Shown one piece after another: positions 20,501 through 30,235 of a DNA stretch of 55,222 nt. A model generated the notes under the pieces. It saw only the letters and a list, made by a program, of their open reading frames with translations, was not told the DNA's origin and did no database searches. The stretch is from assembly GCF_900182795.1 (NCBI RefSeq), contig NZ_FXTX01000010.1, positions 1 through 55,222 on the forward strand. Reading direction: 5' to 3'. Origin of the DNA: Venenivibrio stagnispumantis. GTDB lineage: Bacteria > Aquificota > Aquificia > Aquificales > Hydrogenothermaceae. How positions within the stretch are numbered: the stretch's first letter is position 1; the number at the start of each line of letters is the position of its first letter. Position numbers and translations under genes: made by a program.

Positions 20501-21670
20501 CTATATCTCAAAAATCTCAGTATGTGAGTTTAGATAAGCTTTTATTTCTTCTATATTTTCAAAAGTTTTTATCTCATTTATAGTTTTTATTATTTTATTT
20601 TGTAGTTCTTTATCTGTAATTAATCTATTTATTGTTTCTTCTATTATTATATTTTCTTCTGCATTAAAAGAAAAGGCGTTTTCTTCTAACCCTAAATCTT
20701 TTTGTTTTCTTATTAAACTAAATCTTTCTGTTAAAACTTTTTCTTTTATGCCTTCTTTTTCAAGTAAAGATACTATATCTTCTTTTGATAAATCTTCTAA
20801 GGTTATTTTTATCTGTAAAAGTGGCTTTTTCTCAAAATCTTGGTCTAATAAATTTTTCAGTTCTTTCAACTGGTTTTCTAAATATTCTTCTTTTAACTCA
20901 AACCTGATTACCGGTCTATTTTTTTTAAGCTTAAATTCTTTATAATTTAAGGTTTTATCTGAATTTATATCAAAAATATAGATATATCTTTCTGTTATAT
21001 CTTCTTTTTCATTAATATCCGTAAATTCTGTTGCTCCCGGATAAAATATGGTAGCATTGATATTTTTATCAAATCTTGGTTGTTTTAAAGCATGATAATG
21101 TCCTACTCCAATGTAATTAAAAACCCTTGCCGGAATTTCATTATTTAGTGATAATTTAGAATCTGGAAACAAATCATTAAATTCTTGATGAAGTAAGATT
21201 ATATTAAAAGTATCATCTTTTAGTTTATCCGATATTCTATTTTCTATGATTTCTCTTAGAGAGTTCACTTCCCGTAAATATGCCCTTGATATATATTTTA
21301 ATCCGGTGATTTTAACACCATTAAACTCATAAATATCCATATTTTCTATAAGATTTGCTCCAAAATGTTTCAGTATCTCAACCGGCGATTTTTCTTTTGT
21401 AAGATTGCCTCTATCATGATTTCCGGCTATAAGATAAAAAGGAATATTTTTATCTTTTAAAAGTTTTAATATTTCTATTCCTTCTAATATAGCTTCATTT
21501 GAAGGTTTAGAAGAATGGAAAAAATCTCCGGAATGTATTACAAAATCTACATTTTCATCAATAGCTGTCTCTATTGCTTCTTTAAAAACATCAAAAAAAT
21601 CCTTGCCTCTTTCAGGCAAGGAGTATTGATTATATCCAAGATGTGTATCTGAGATATGTAAAAACCGCAT
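20501..21670 (-). CDS. Mre11/SbcD-family calcineurin-like metallophosphoesterase (DNA repair exonuclease-like)
   Basis: 'MRFLHISDTHLG', 'FVIHSGDFFH', 'GNHD' phosphoesterase motifs; no SbcC/Rad50 partner adjacent. Confidence 0.8.
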   Translation of the reverse strand: MRFLHISDTHLGYNQYSLPERGKDFFDVFKEAIETAIDENVDFVIHSGDFFHSSKPSNEAILEGIEILKLLKDKNIPFYLIAGNHDRGNLTKEKSPVEILKHFGANLIENMDIYEFNGVKITGLKYISRAYLREVNSLREIIENRISDKLKDDTFNIILLHQEFNDLFPDSKLSLNNEIPARVFNYIGVGHYHALKQPRFDKNINATIFYPGATEFTDINEKEDITERYIYIFDINSDKTLNYKEFKLKKNRPVIRFELKEEYLENQLKELKNLLDQDFEKKPLLQIKITLEDLSKEDIVSLLEKEGIKEKVLTERFSLIRKQKDLGLEENAFSFNAEENIIIEETINRLITDKELQNKIIKTINEIKTFENIEEIKAYLNSHTEIFEI

Positions 21671-21873
21671 TATTTCTCACACATACTTTGTTTGCCTGTT
21701 AATTTCATCAATATGACATCAGATGGACAAAATCCTGTAACTCCGGCAATAAATGCCATAACGGCAACAAACCATATTAAATATTCTCCCCATTCATGAC
21801 CACTATTCATAAGCACAAGACCTAAAACTAAAATAATTGACATCATTATTCTTTGTATTCTCATCGGTGACAT
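21670..21873 (-). CDS. DUF2892-family small membrane protein (YgaP C-terminal-like)
   Basis: 'R..RI..G..L...G......W.......G.....G.CP' spacing typical of DUF2892. Confidence 0.55.
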   Translation of the reverse strand: MSPMRIQRIMMSIILVLGLVLMNSGHEWGEYLIWFVAVMAFIAGVTGFCPSDVILMKLTGKQSMCEK

Positions 21874-21960
21874 TTTGCTTACCTCCAAAAATTTTATATA
21901 AATCTAATTATAATATAAAAAATTAATTTTACAATATTTTTAAATTAAAATTGTATAAGT

Positions 21961-23058
21961 TCAGAATGATGGTATATGCTTCAAAAATCTAAAAATATCA
22001 TAAGCTTTTAGATATATATTTTCTTCTTCTTTATGAATTAAATCTGATAGGATTTTTGCTATATATGGAGCAAGTAAAATGCCATTTCTATGGTATCCGG
22101 TTGCAAAATATAGGTTTTTAATGTGACTTTTGCCTATAATAGGAAAATGGTCAGGTGTATCCGGTCTAAAACTATACCACATATCAAAAAATCTTTTATT
22201 AAAATGAGGAAATGTATCTAATAATCCTGTTAATAATTTATATATTCCAAAAACTGTATTTCCTTCTTTAAATGCTACTTTTTCTTCAGTTGCCCCTATT
22301 AAAGTTAAATCATAATTTTTCCTTGGAATAATATAAGCTTTACTGCTATAAAATATATTTTTCAAAGATTTATCTTTTATTGATATCATCTCTCCTTTTA
22401 CAGGAATTACCGGAATATCAAAAATTGTTCTACTCCAAGCTCCTGCTGACAATACACAGATATCTGCTTCTATTTCTTCTCCATTTTTAAGTTTTACTGA
22501 TTTAAATAAATTATTTTTTTCAATTATAGCTATTACTTCTGTTTTTTCTAATATTTTTATTTTTTCACTTTTTCTTACTAAATTTATTAAAGCATTTGTA
22601 AGTAATCTATTATCTACCTGAGCATCATCAGAATAATAAGCTGCTCCAATAACTTTATCCGAAATGGCATAACCCATATTTACAATATCTTCTCTACTTA
22701 GCCATGAAGCTTTTAGATTTTGAGATTTATAAAAATTTATTCTTTTGTTTAGTATTATAGCCTCATCTTCAGAGAAAGCCGGAACAATTATTCCACATTC
22801 AGAATATCCAACATCAATACCGGATTTTTTTTCTATCTCTTTAACATAATCTTTATAATATTCTCTTGCTTTTAAACATAAATCTAAAAATAATCCATCT
22901 AATCCTTCTGCTTGTGGAGCAAGCATACCACCGGCTGCCCATGTTGCTCCTTTACCAAGAAAATCTTTTTCAATTATAACAATATCATAACCGTGTTTTT
23001 CAAGCTCTAAGGCTACCGTTAAACCAGCTATTCCACCACCAACAATTATGGCTTTCAT
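21961..23058 (-). CDS. thiO: FAD-dependent glycine oxidase (ThiO-like)
   Basis: 'IIVGGGIAGLTVALEL' FAD fold, C-terminal 'GYHRNGILLAP'. Confidence 0.8.
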   Translation of the reverse strand: MKAIIVGGGIAGLTVALELEKHGYDIVIIEKDFLGKGATWAAGGMLAPQAEGLDGLFLDLCLKAREYYKDYVKEIEKKSGIDVGYSECGIIVPAFSEDEAIILNKRINFYKSQNLKASWLSREDIVNMGYAISDKVIGAAYYSDDAQVDNRLLTNALINLVRKSEKIKILEKTEVIAIIEKNNLFKSVKLKNGEEIEADICVLSAGAWSRTIFDIPVIPVKGEMISIKDKSLKNIFYSSKAYIIPRKNYDLTLIGATEEKVAFKEGNTVFGIYKLLTGLLDTFPHFNKRFFDMWYSFRPDTPDHFPIIGKSHIKNLYFATGYHRNGILLAPYIAKILSDLIHKEEENIYLKAYDIFRFLKHIPSF

Positions 23059-23087
23059 TTACTTCTTTTTACCTCTTTTTATATTTT

Positions 23088-23840
23088 TTAAAAAAAGATT
23101 TTCATTCCATCTTTTGCAGCTATTACTTCAAGTTTTAATTTTTCTGATAATTCTTTTGCTATTTTTTCCGGATTATATTTTAACATCATAACGCTAAAAT
23201 GTGTTAATATTGCTTTTTTAGGCTTGGATTTCTCAATTATTTTTTCCACATCTTTGACTGATAAATGATTAATATCTGCTACCGGTTTTACAAATGTGGT
23301 ATTAAATATCATCAAATCAGGATTTTCCGGATAAGCATAAAGCATATCTTCATAAAATTTCCCACAAGGAACATATATAACTGTTTTATTATCTGTGAAA
23401 AATCCTAAGCTGTAATTTTCTACATTATTATGAATATGTTTTATAAGAGGTTTTATCCTTATATCTTCATAAATAATTTCTTTATTTTCTTCTATTGTTT
23501 CAACTTTTTTTATGCCTTTTAAAGAGTATTTTAAGACTACAGGGTCATCTCCATAAACTGTATCGTTTGGGGCTATAAGTAAATCTTTTTTCTTTTTATG
23601 GCTTTTTGTTGCAGATTCTATAACAGCATTTATATCGCTAACATGGTCTAAATGTCTATGGGATAATACAAATATATCTATATCTTCCGGCTCTAATTTA
23701 TTTTCAAAAATCCTGATAAGTGAACCCGGCCCTGGGTCTATTAATATATTTTTTCTATTTAAAGATAACCACATTCCACCGGAATGCCTTAGTTGTCTAA
23801 ATACTACAACTCTCCCGCCTGCTGTTCCAAGAAAATGTAT
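23088..23840 (-). CDS. MBL-fold metallo-hydrolase (start probably non-AUG; first ATG is at 23774)
   Basis: 'SHRHLDH' metal motif; conserved N-terminal 'HFLGTAGG' is encoded upstream of the first ATG in the same frame (see finding). Confidence 0.7.
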   Translation of the reverse strand: MHFLGTAGGRVVVFRQLRHSGGMWLSLNRKNILIDPGPGSLIRIFENKLEPEDIDIFVLSHRHLDHVSDINAVIESATKSHKKKKDLLIAPNDTVYGDDPVVLKYSLKGIKKVETIEENKEIIYEDIRIKPLIKHIHNNVENYSLGFFTDNKTVIYVPCGKFYEDMLYAYPENPDLMIFNTTFVKPVADINHLSVKDVEKIIEKSKPKKAILTHFSVMMLKYNPEKIAKELSEKLKLEVIAAKDGMKIFF

Positions 23841-23845
23841 AAAAT

Positions 23846-24568
23846 CTAAAATATTAATCTACCTCCTTCTACCGGTATTTCTGCTCCGGTTGTAAAATCC
23901 GATTCTATTAAATATTTTACAGCTTTATATACTTCAATTTCTCCTGCCCATCTTTTTAAAACAGTTTTTTTAAGAGGAATTTCTTTATCTTCTAAATCTT
24001 CAGGTGGTATTATTGGTCCGGGTAAAATAGCATTAACAAGCACATAAGGTGCAAACTCTTTTGCAAATGCCTTTGTCATTGTAAGCATTGCTCCTTTTGA
24101 AATAGCATAAGGCGTATAATCTTTATAAGGTATTTTAGCTGCATAATCAACAATATTTATTATCCTTCCTTCTTTCCTTTTATACATCTCAATTCCAAAC
24201 TCTTTAGAAAGCAAAAAAGGAGCCTGAACATGAATTTTATAAAAATTATCCAAATCTGATAATGAAGCTTCTTCTATTTTTACCGGATAATATATAGATG
24301 CATTATTTATTAGAATATCTACATCTACAGTATTTTTTATCTCTTTTATCATATTTTTAAGTTGAAATTCATCTCTCAAATCTGCTTGAAATGTATAGGC
24401 TTTTACACCAAGAGCATTTATAGTCCTTTTTAAATCCTGTGCTTCCTCTACAGAATTAAAATAATGGATAATAATATTTGCTCCATCTTTTGCAAGTTCT
24501 AAGCTAAGGGCTTTTCCTATTCTTTTTGCTCCACCTGTGATTAATATATTTTTTCCTTTTATCTCCAT
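23846..24568 (-). CDS. SDR-family oxidoreductase (pteridine reductase/FolM-like glycine motif)
   Basis: 'ITGGAKRIG', 'NNAS', 'YAISKGA' YxxxK catalytic motif. Confidence 0.85.
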   Translation of the reverse strand: MEIKGKNILITGGAKRIGKALSLELAKDGANIIIHYFNSVEEAQDLKRTINALGVKAYTFQADLRDEFQLKNMIKEIKNTVDVDILINNASIYYPVKIEEASLSDLDNFYKIHVQAPFLLSKEFGIEMYKRKEGRIINIVDYAAKIPYKDYTPYAISKGAMLTMTKAFAKEFAPYVLVNAILPGPIIPPEDLEDKEIPLKKTVLKRWAGEIEVYKAVKYLIESDFTTGAEIPVEGGRLIF

Positions 24569-24569
24569 T

Positions 24570-26627
24570 TTATCCTCTGTTTAATAATTTTAATGCATCT
24601 TCCGTATTTTTTACAGGCATATTACAACTAAAATCTTTGCATATATAAATATTAATATCTTTTTCGTCAGATTCCATATTTTCTGTATAAGGTGCTATCT
24701 TTCTAACATAATCTGAAAGATAAAAAAGAACTTTATTTGGTATATATTCTTTGTTTATATTTTTTGCTACTTCCAATGCTTTTTGTTTATCACCGGTTAT
24801 AACTATCTCATATCCACCATAAAAAAGATAATCAAGGGCAAAAAGGAAAAATGTATGATAAGAAGGTAATCTTTTTATATCTGAAGCAAAATATTGAACG
24901 GTTTTATAAATTTTTTCTTCTAACTCTAAATCTGCTGTTATTTTTTGAATTTTTATTAAATCATATAAAGCTACAGAATTTCCGGAAGGTATGGCACCAT
25001 CATAAACCTCTTTTGCTCTTGTGAGAAGTATCTCTCTATCTTTTGGTGTAAAGAAAAATCCTCCGTTTTCTTCATCATAAAATAGCTCTATCATTTTTTG
25101 TGTTAAATTAATTGTATTTTCCAGATACTTATCTTCTAAGGTTGCTTCATAAAGCTCAAGTAGTCCGAATATAAAATAAGAATAATCATCAAGATTTGCA
25201 TCTATTGCTGCCTCATTTTCTCTGTATCTATGCAATAATCTACCATCTTTATACATTTTATTTAAAATAAAATCTGCAGAAGATTTTGCATAATTTATAT
25301 AACTATCATTTTCAAAGGCTTTTCCGGCAATAGATAAAGCTGCTATTATAAGACCATTCCAATCTGTTAGTATTTTATCATCTTTAAGTGGATGAACTCT
25401 TTTTTCTCTTTCTTCAAATAATATTTTTCTCCATTTTTCTATCTTTTCAGAAAGTATATCTTTATCAATTTTTAGTTCTACGGATAATTCAGGTATATCT
25501 TTTTTTAAATAAATTATATTTTCTCCGGTTTTTCTTCCGGTAGCTTCTTCATAAAAATTACCTTCTTCTTCAATATTAAATATCTTAATAAATAAATCTG
25601 CATCATCTTTTAATAAATTCTTTATCTCTTCTATTGTCCATAGGTAAAATTTACCTTCTTTTCCTTCACTATCTGCATCCTCTGCACTGTAAAATCCACC
25701 ATTTTCCCTATCATACATATCTCTTGTAATATATTCTATTATCTCTTCTGCAACCTTTTTATAAAATGGATTTTTTGTTATTTGATAAGCTTGAGAATAA
25801 GCTATAATTAACATGGCTTGGTCATAAAGCATTTTTTCAAAATGTGGTAAAAGCCACATATTATCAGTTGAATATCTATGAAAGCCATATCCAATATGGT
25901 CAAATATTCCGCCAAGTCTCATTTTTTTTAATGTTTGCTCTGCCATATATAAAGCATAATCATCATTTTTTCTTTTGTAATATTTAAGTAAAAATATTAT
26001 GTTGTGAGGTGTAGGAAATTTAGGTTTAGAAGAAAAACCGCCATAATTTTTATCAAATCTATTTTTTAATTCATTATATCCTCTATCTATAACTTCCGGT
26101 GATATATTTTCTTTTGATGGTTTATTTTCATTTTGGATATATTCTACAACTTTTTTAGCTCTGTTTAATAAATCTTCCCTGTTATTTTTCCAATAATTTA
26201 TAACTCCGAGTAATATATCTTTTAATCCGGCTCTATTATATCTACTTTCTTTTGGAAAGTATGTCCCTACAAAAAATGGTTCTTTATCCGGTGTCATTAT
26301 TACCGTAAGTGGCCAGCCACCGTGTCCATTTAGCATTAAGCATATATCCATATATATTTTGTCTATATCCGGTCTTTCTTCTCTATCTACTTTTATAGAT
26401 ATAAAATTTTCATTTAATATTTTTGCTATCTCTTCATCTTCAAAAGATTCTTTTTCCATAACATGACACCAATGGCAGGTAGAATATCCAATAGATAAAA
26501 ATATTGGTTTATCTTCTTTTTTTGCTCTTTCAAAAGCTTCTTCACACCAAGGATACCAATCAACCGGATTATATGCATGTTGTAAAAGATATGGGCTTTT
26601 TTCATTTATTAATCTATTTGGTTTCAT
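24570..26627 (-). CDS. thioredoxin-domain protein of the DUF255/YyaL family (N-terminal Trx-like + six-hairpin glycosidase-like domain)
   Basis: '[17 protein letters not shown]', '[12 protein letters not shown]' motif, 685 aa. Confidence 0.85.
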   Translation of the reverse strand: MKPNRLINEKSPYLLQHAYNPVDWYPWCEEAFERAKKEDKPIFLSIGYSTCHWCHVMEKESFEDEEIAKILNENFISIKVDREERPDIDKIYMDICLMLNGHGGWPLTVIMTPDKEPFFVGTYFPKESRYNRAGLKDILLGVINYWKNNREDLLNRAKKVVEYIQNENKPSKENISPEVIDRGYNELKNRFDKNYGGFSSKPKFPTPHNIIFLLKYYKRKNDDYALYMAEQTLKKMRLGGIFDHIGYGFHRYSTDNMWLLPHFEKMLYDQAMLIIAYSQAYQITKNPFYKKVAEEIIEYITRDMYDRENGGFYSAEDADSEGKEGKFYLWTIEEIKNLLKDDADLFIKIFNIEEEGNFYEEATGRKTGENIIYLKKDIPELSVELKIDKDILSEKIEKWRKILFEEREKRVHPLKDDKILTDWNGLIIAALSIAGKAFENDSYINYAKSSADFILNKMYKDGRLLHRYRENEAAIDANLDDYSYFIFGLLELYEATLEDKYLENTINLTQKMIELFYDEENGGFFFTPKDREILLTRAKEVYDGAIPSGNSVALYDLIKIQKITADLELEEKIYKTVQYFASDIKRLPSYHTFFLFALDYLFYGGYEIVITGDKQKALEVAKNINKEYIPNKVLFYLSDYVRKIAPYTENMESDEKDINIYICKDFSCNMPVKNTEDALKLLNRG

Positions 26628-26701
26628 CTTAATAACCTCTTTAATTTTTAAGGAAAATTATATAGATTTATAAGAATTACACAAAGATTTTTATCATATA
26701 A

Positions 26702-28567
26702 TCATTTTGGAAGTTTTACTATGAATAATGCACCATTTGGGATATAGACTGCATTTATTGTTCCTCTATGTCTTTCTATAATCTCTTTTGTTATAGCAAG
26801 ACCAAGACCACTTCCTTTTGGCTTGTCCGAATAATAAGGCATAAATATCTTTTCTATATTTTCTTTTTTTATTCCTTTACCGTTATCTTTAAAAGATATA
26901 ATTACATAATCATCTTTATCTTCTACATTTATATCTATCTTATCTGCACCGCTTTCTATACTATTTTGTATTAAGTTAGAAAAAGCTTGTTTTAACATCT
27001 TTTCATCAGCTTTTATGATTATATCTTTATCTATATTTATATTTATTTTAAATTTATCTGTTTGATATCCGGTTTTTAATATTTCTAAAAGTTCTTTTAG
27101 ATTTACATTAGATACAGAAAGATTTTCTAAAAATGTTCCAAATTGTGAAAACTCCCTAAGTAGATTTTCCAGATGCTCCACTTCATTTATTATAACATTT
27201 ATATTTTTTTCAATAATTTCTGAGATATTTGGATTATTTTTTTTGTATTGGATTAATATTCTTTCGGCAGATAATTTTATAGGGGTAAGAGGATTTTTTA
27301 TCTCATGGGCTATTCTTCTAACTATCTCTTTCCATGTATTTAATTTTTGTGCAGTTATTATATCTGTAATATCATCTAAAACAATTACATATACTTTATC
27401 TTTTATTTTTGTTGCTTTTATTATTAATAATTTACCTTCATATTCAAATGTTGTTTCTTTTGAAGGTATTTTTTCAATCTTTAAAAAGCCCAAAAACTGC
27501 TCTAAGGGTTTTCCTATCAAATTTCTTTTTTCTACGCTTAATATTTCTTCAACTGCTTTATTTAGATTGTTTATATTACCATTTTCATCTGTATAAATTA
27601 CACCGGTTCTTATATTTTCAAGAATTGTTTCAAGATATTTTTTATTTTCTTCTAATTTGTTGTAAAGCTGGGCAAGTTGTGATACCATTTGATTAAATTC
27701 ATCTATAAGGATACCTATCTCATCTGATGCTTTAACATTTACCCTAACTAATAAATCTCCATAAGATAATCTTTTAGAAGCCTCTGCAAGTTTTTCTATA
27801 GGTATGGTAATACTTCTGACTATATATCTTCCGAACCAAAATGCAGCAAATATAACTACCATTGTAATAGTAAGAAGTAGAGAAATATAACTTATCCTGA
27901 TAGGTGCTTTATAATATTTGAATTGAGCATATATCTCTTTTGCTTGATTTATTTTTTCTTTTGAAATCTGAGTATTGTAATATATTACTATTTTTCTGTT
28001 TTTTTCTAATTTCTCATATTTTTCTAAATTTTTATCTATTTTTCCATATTTTTCTAAAATTTTTCCATTTTTATCATAAATAACAATAGCCTGAATATTA
28101 AAATATTTTATAGCTTCTTGATAAGATAATTTTTTATCTTTTATCAAGTTATAAACATTTTCAATCCATTTTTGGTTAATATTGGAAATTTCTTCTATCT
28201 GTTTTAATCCTTCTTCTATTTTCCCACTAAACCATAAATTGGTAGCATTTGATATTAGAGAAACAGAAACTGTAAATAAAACCATAGAAGGTATAACTAT
28301 CATAAATATAAGAATAGATGTTAATTTGGTTCTTAACCTTCCTTGGGTTTTTTCTTCAAAGAATATCTTTATTAAATATTTTAATGTTAAGGCTACCAAA
28401 ATAAGAAAAAAGATAACATCTAAGTTGATTACAAATAGAAATAAATACGGATTTATTACATCTTTAATTTTTTCAAGTTTTTTAAATATATAAATATTAG
28501 AGATAATAAATAGTATGCTAACAACACCAAGAATAATAATATTTCTCTTTAATTTTTCTTTTTGCAT
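26702..28567 (-). CDS. sensor histidine kinase (NtrY-like: TM + HAMP + PAS + HisKA + HATPase)
   Basis: H-box 'HEIKNPLTPIKLSAERI', G-boxes 'DNGKGI','GSGLGLAI'; no response regulator adjacent. Confidence 0.85.
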   Translation of the reverse strand: MQKEKLKRNIIILGVVSILFIISNIYIFKKLEKIKDVINPYLFLFVINLDVIFFLILVALTLKYLIKIFFEEKTQGRLRTKLTSILIFMIVIPSMVLFTVSVSLISNATNLWFSGKIEEGLKQIEEISNINQKWIENVYNLIKDKKLSYQEAIKYFNIQAIVIYDKNGKILEKYGKIDKNLEKYEKLEKNRKIVIYYNTQISKEKINQAKEIYAQFKYYKAPIRISYISLLLTITMVVIFAAFWFGRYIVRSITIPIEKLAEASKRLSYGDLLVRVNVKASDEIGILIDEFNQMVSQLAQLYNKLEENKKYLETILENIRTGVIYTDENGNINNLNKAVEEILSVEKRNLIGKPLEQFLGFLKIEKIPSKETTFEYEGKLLIIKATKIKDKVYVIVLDDITDIITAQKLNTWKEIVRRIAHEIKNPLTPIKLSAERILIQYKKNNPNISEIIEKNINVIINEVEHLENLLREFSQFGTFLENLSVSNVNLKELLEILKTGYQTDKFKININIDKDIIIKADEKMLKQAFSNLIQNSIESGADKIDINVEDKDDYVIISFKDNGKGIKKENIEKIFMPYYSDKPKGSGLGLAITKEIIERHRGTINAVYIPNGALFIVKLPK

Positions 28568-28576
28568 AATAAAAAA

Positions 28577-29191
28577 TTATATCAAAAATTGGCACTTATT
28601 TTTTAATTGACAACTTCCACACAGAGGTAATTTTTTACAAAAATTTTTACAATGAAATACTATTAAAGCATGAAATTCTTTGTAAATTTCAACATCTTCC
28701 GGAATATTTCTTTCAATTAATATTCTTAAATCATCATATTCTATATTTTCATCATCAATTATACCAAATCTATAAAAAAATCTTTTTGTATATTTATCTA
28801 CTACAAAATAGGGTTTATCTAAGCCATATAATAGAATTGTATCAGCAGTTTCTTTTCCTATTCCTTTTATCATCAAAAGTTTTTCTCTGGTTATATCTGC
28901 TTTATCTATATTAGCTAATCTTTTCAGGACTTCAGCTTTTTGGTTATAAAATCCGGCAGGTTTTATAAGAGCTTTTAATTTTTCTATATCTATATTTTTT
29001 ATTTTCTCAAAAGAGATTAAATCTTCTTTTAAAAGATTATATAAAGCTTTTTCAACATTATTCCAAGATGTGTTTTGTGTTAAAACAGCACCAATTGCCA
29101 CCTCCTCAAATTTATTATCTGTCAAAAGTGGCCACCAATTTTGATATCCGTATATTGATAGTAAATTTTGATATAATTCATATATTTTCAT
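28577..29191 (-). CDS. endonuclease III-like HhH-GPD domain protein with C-terminal Cys cluster
   Basis: 'LIKPAGFYNQKA', 'IKGIGKETADTILLYG' HhH-GPD, 'CKNFCKKLPLCGSCQLKNKC'. Confidence 0.75.
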   Translation of the reverse strand: MKIYELYQNLLSIYGYQNWWPLLTDNKFEEVAIGAVLTQNTSWNNVEKALYNLLKEDLISFEKIKNIDIEKLKALIKPAGFYNQKAEVLKRLANIDKADITREKLLMIKGIGKETADTILLYGLDKPYFVVDKYTKRFFYRFGIIDDENIEYDDLRILIERNIPEDVEIYKEFHALIVFHCKNFCKKLPLCGSCQLKNKCQFLI

Positions 29192-29398
29192 AATTATTAT
29201 ATTTTAACTTATTTTCAAAAACCCTTTACATCTTAAAATTTTTCTTTAAATTTATAAGAAGATGTTATATTAGAATGGTTTAATATTTTAGTGTATTTTG
29301 CTAAATTTTTTTAACAAATTTAAACTAAAATCTATTGACAAATTTAAAATTAGATTTATATTATATAATGTAAAAAATTTAAAAAGGAGGTAGTGAAA

Positions 29399-29848
29399 AT
29401 GGAAAGAAGATTTTTCCCAGCAATTGTAACAAATCCTTTAAGAGAGCTTGCAAGAATTGAGAATGAAATTGACAGACTTTTCAAAGAGTTTGTTCCTACT
29501 GTAGCCAGAGAAGCAGGAGTTATAACTTGGGCTCCAAGGGTAGATGTTTATGAAAAAGATAACAATATCATCGTAGAAGCAGAAATACCGGGAGCTAAAA
29601 AAGAAGATATTGAAGTTAAAATAAGAGATAATAATGTGATTATCAAAGGAGAAGTTAAAAAAGAGGAAGAGAAAAAAGAAGAAAACTATTACAGAAGTGA
29701 AAGATTTTATGGTGTGTTTGAAAGAGTTATACCTCTTCCTGCAGAAATAAAAACAGAAGAAGCTAAAGCAGAATTTGAAAATGGAATACTTAAATTAACA
29801 TTACCAAAAGCAGTATCTGAAAAAGAAGTAAAAATAGAAGTTAAATAA
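29399..29848 (+). CDS. Hsp20/alpha-crystallin family small heat shock protein
   Basis: alpha-crystallin domain ('VDVYEKDNNIIVEAEIPG', 'GILKLTLPK'); AGGAGG RBS 7 nt upstream of ATG at 29399 (ORF-table GTG at 29393 is less likely). Confidence 0.9.
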   Translation: MERRFFPAIVTNPLRELARIENEIDRLFKEFVPTVAREAGVITWAPRVDVYEKDNNIIVEAEIPGAKKEDIEVKIRDNNVIIKGEVKKEEEKKEENYYRSERFYGVFERVIPLPAEIKTEEAKAEFENGILKLTLPKAVSEKEVKIEVK

Positions 29849-29873
29849 TAAGCCTATAAATAAACCAGATTTG

Positions 29874-29899
29874 AAGCCTGCTATAAAGCAGGCTTTTTT
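29874..29899 (+). terminator. rho-independent terminator after hsp20
   Basis: AAGCCTGCT-ATAA-AGCAGGCTT hairpin followed by TTTTTTATTTTT. Confidence 0.65.
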
Positions 29900-29968
29900 A
29901 TTTTTAAATGAAATTTTGATTTTTTTGTAATATAATAAAATTGTAATTATTGTGGAGGAGAGAGTTAT

Positions 29969-30226
29969 ATGTCAAAAAGTAAAGGAAGATTGCAAGAATT
30001 ATTCTTAAATGCTATAAGAAAACAAAAAGTTAGGGTAGATGTATATCTTGTAAATGGAGTAAAGCTTGAAGGAAAAATAAGATATTTTGATAATTTTACT
30101 ATCTTATTAAAAGAAGGGCCAAGACAGGTTTTAGTATATAAACATGCAATAACAACAGTTATGCCAAAAAGAGAGATTGAGTTTGTATATCCGGAGCAAG
30201 AAGAAGGAGAAATCTCAGAAGATTAA
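29969..30226 (+). CDS. hfq: RNA chaperone Hfq
   Basis: Sm1/Sm2 motifs '[11 protein letters not shown]','[21 protein letters not shown]','YKHAITTV'; GGAGGAG RBS. Confidence 0.95.
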   Translation: MSKSKGRLQELFLNAIRKQKVRVDVYLVNGVKLEGKIRYFDNFTILLKEGPRQVLVYKHAITTVMPKREIEFVYPEQEEGEISED

Positions 30227-30235
30227 TTTTTATTT

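Noticed and set aside
23088-24568. SDR + MBL gene pair as a pterin (methanopterin-type) biosynthesis module
   Set aside because: The only link is the pteridine-reductase-like glycine motif in the SDR. The characterised cyclic-phosphodiesterase of that pathway is, as far as I recall, an HD-domain enzyme and not MBL-fold, so the idea is unsupported.
29192-29398. CIRCE/HrcA operator upstream of hsp20
   Set aside because: I searched by eye for TTAGCACTC-N9-GAGTGCTAA and found no match. Only the ACAAATTTAAA direct repeat, reported separately, was found.
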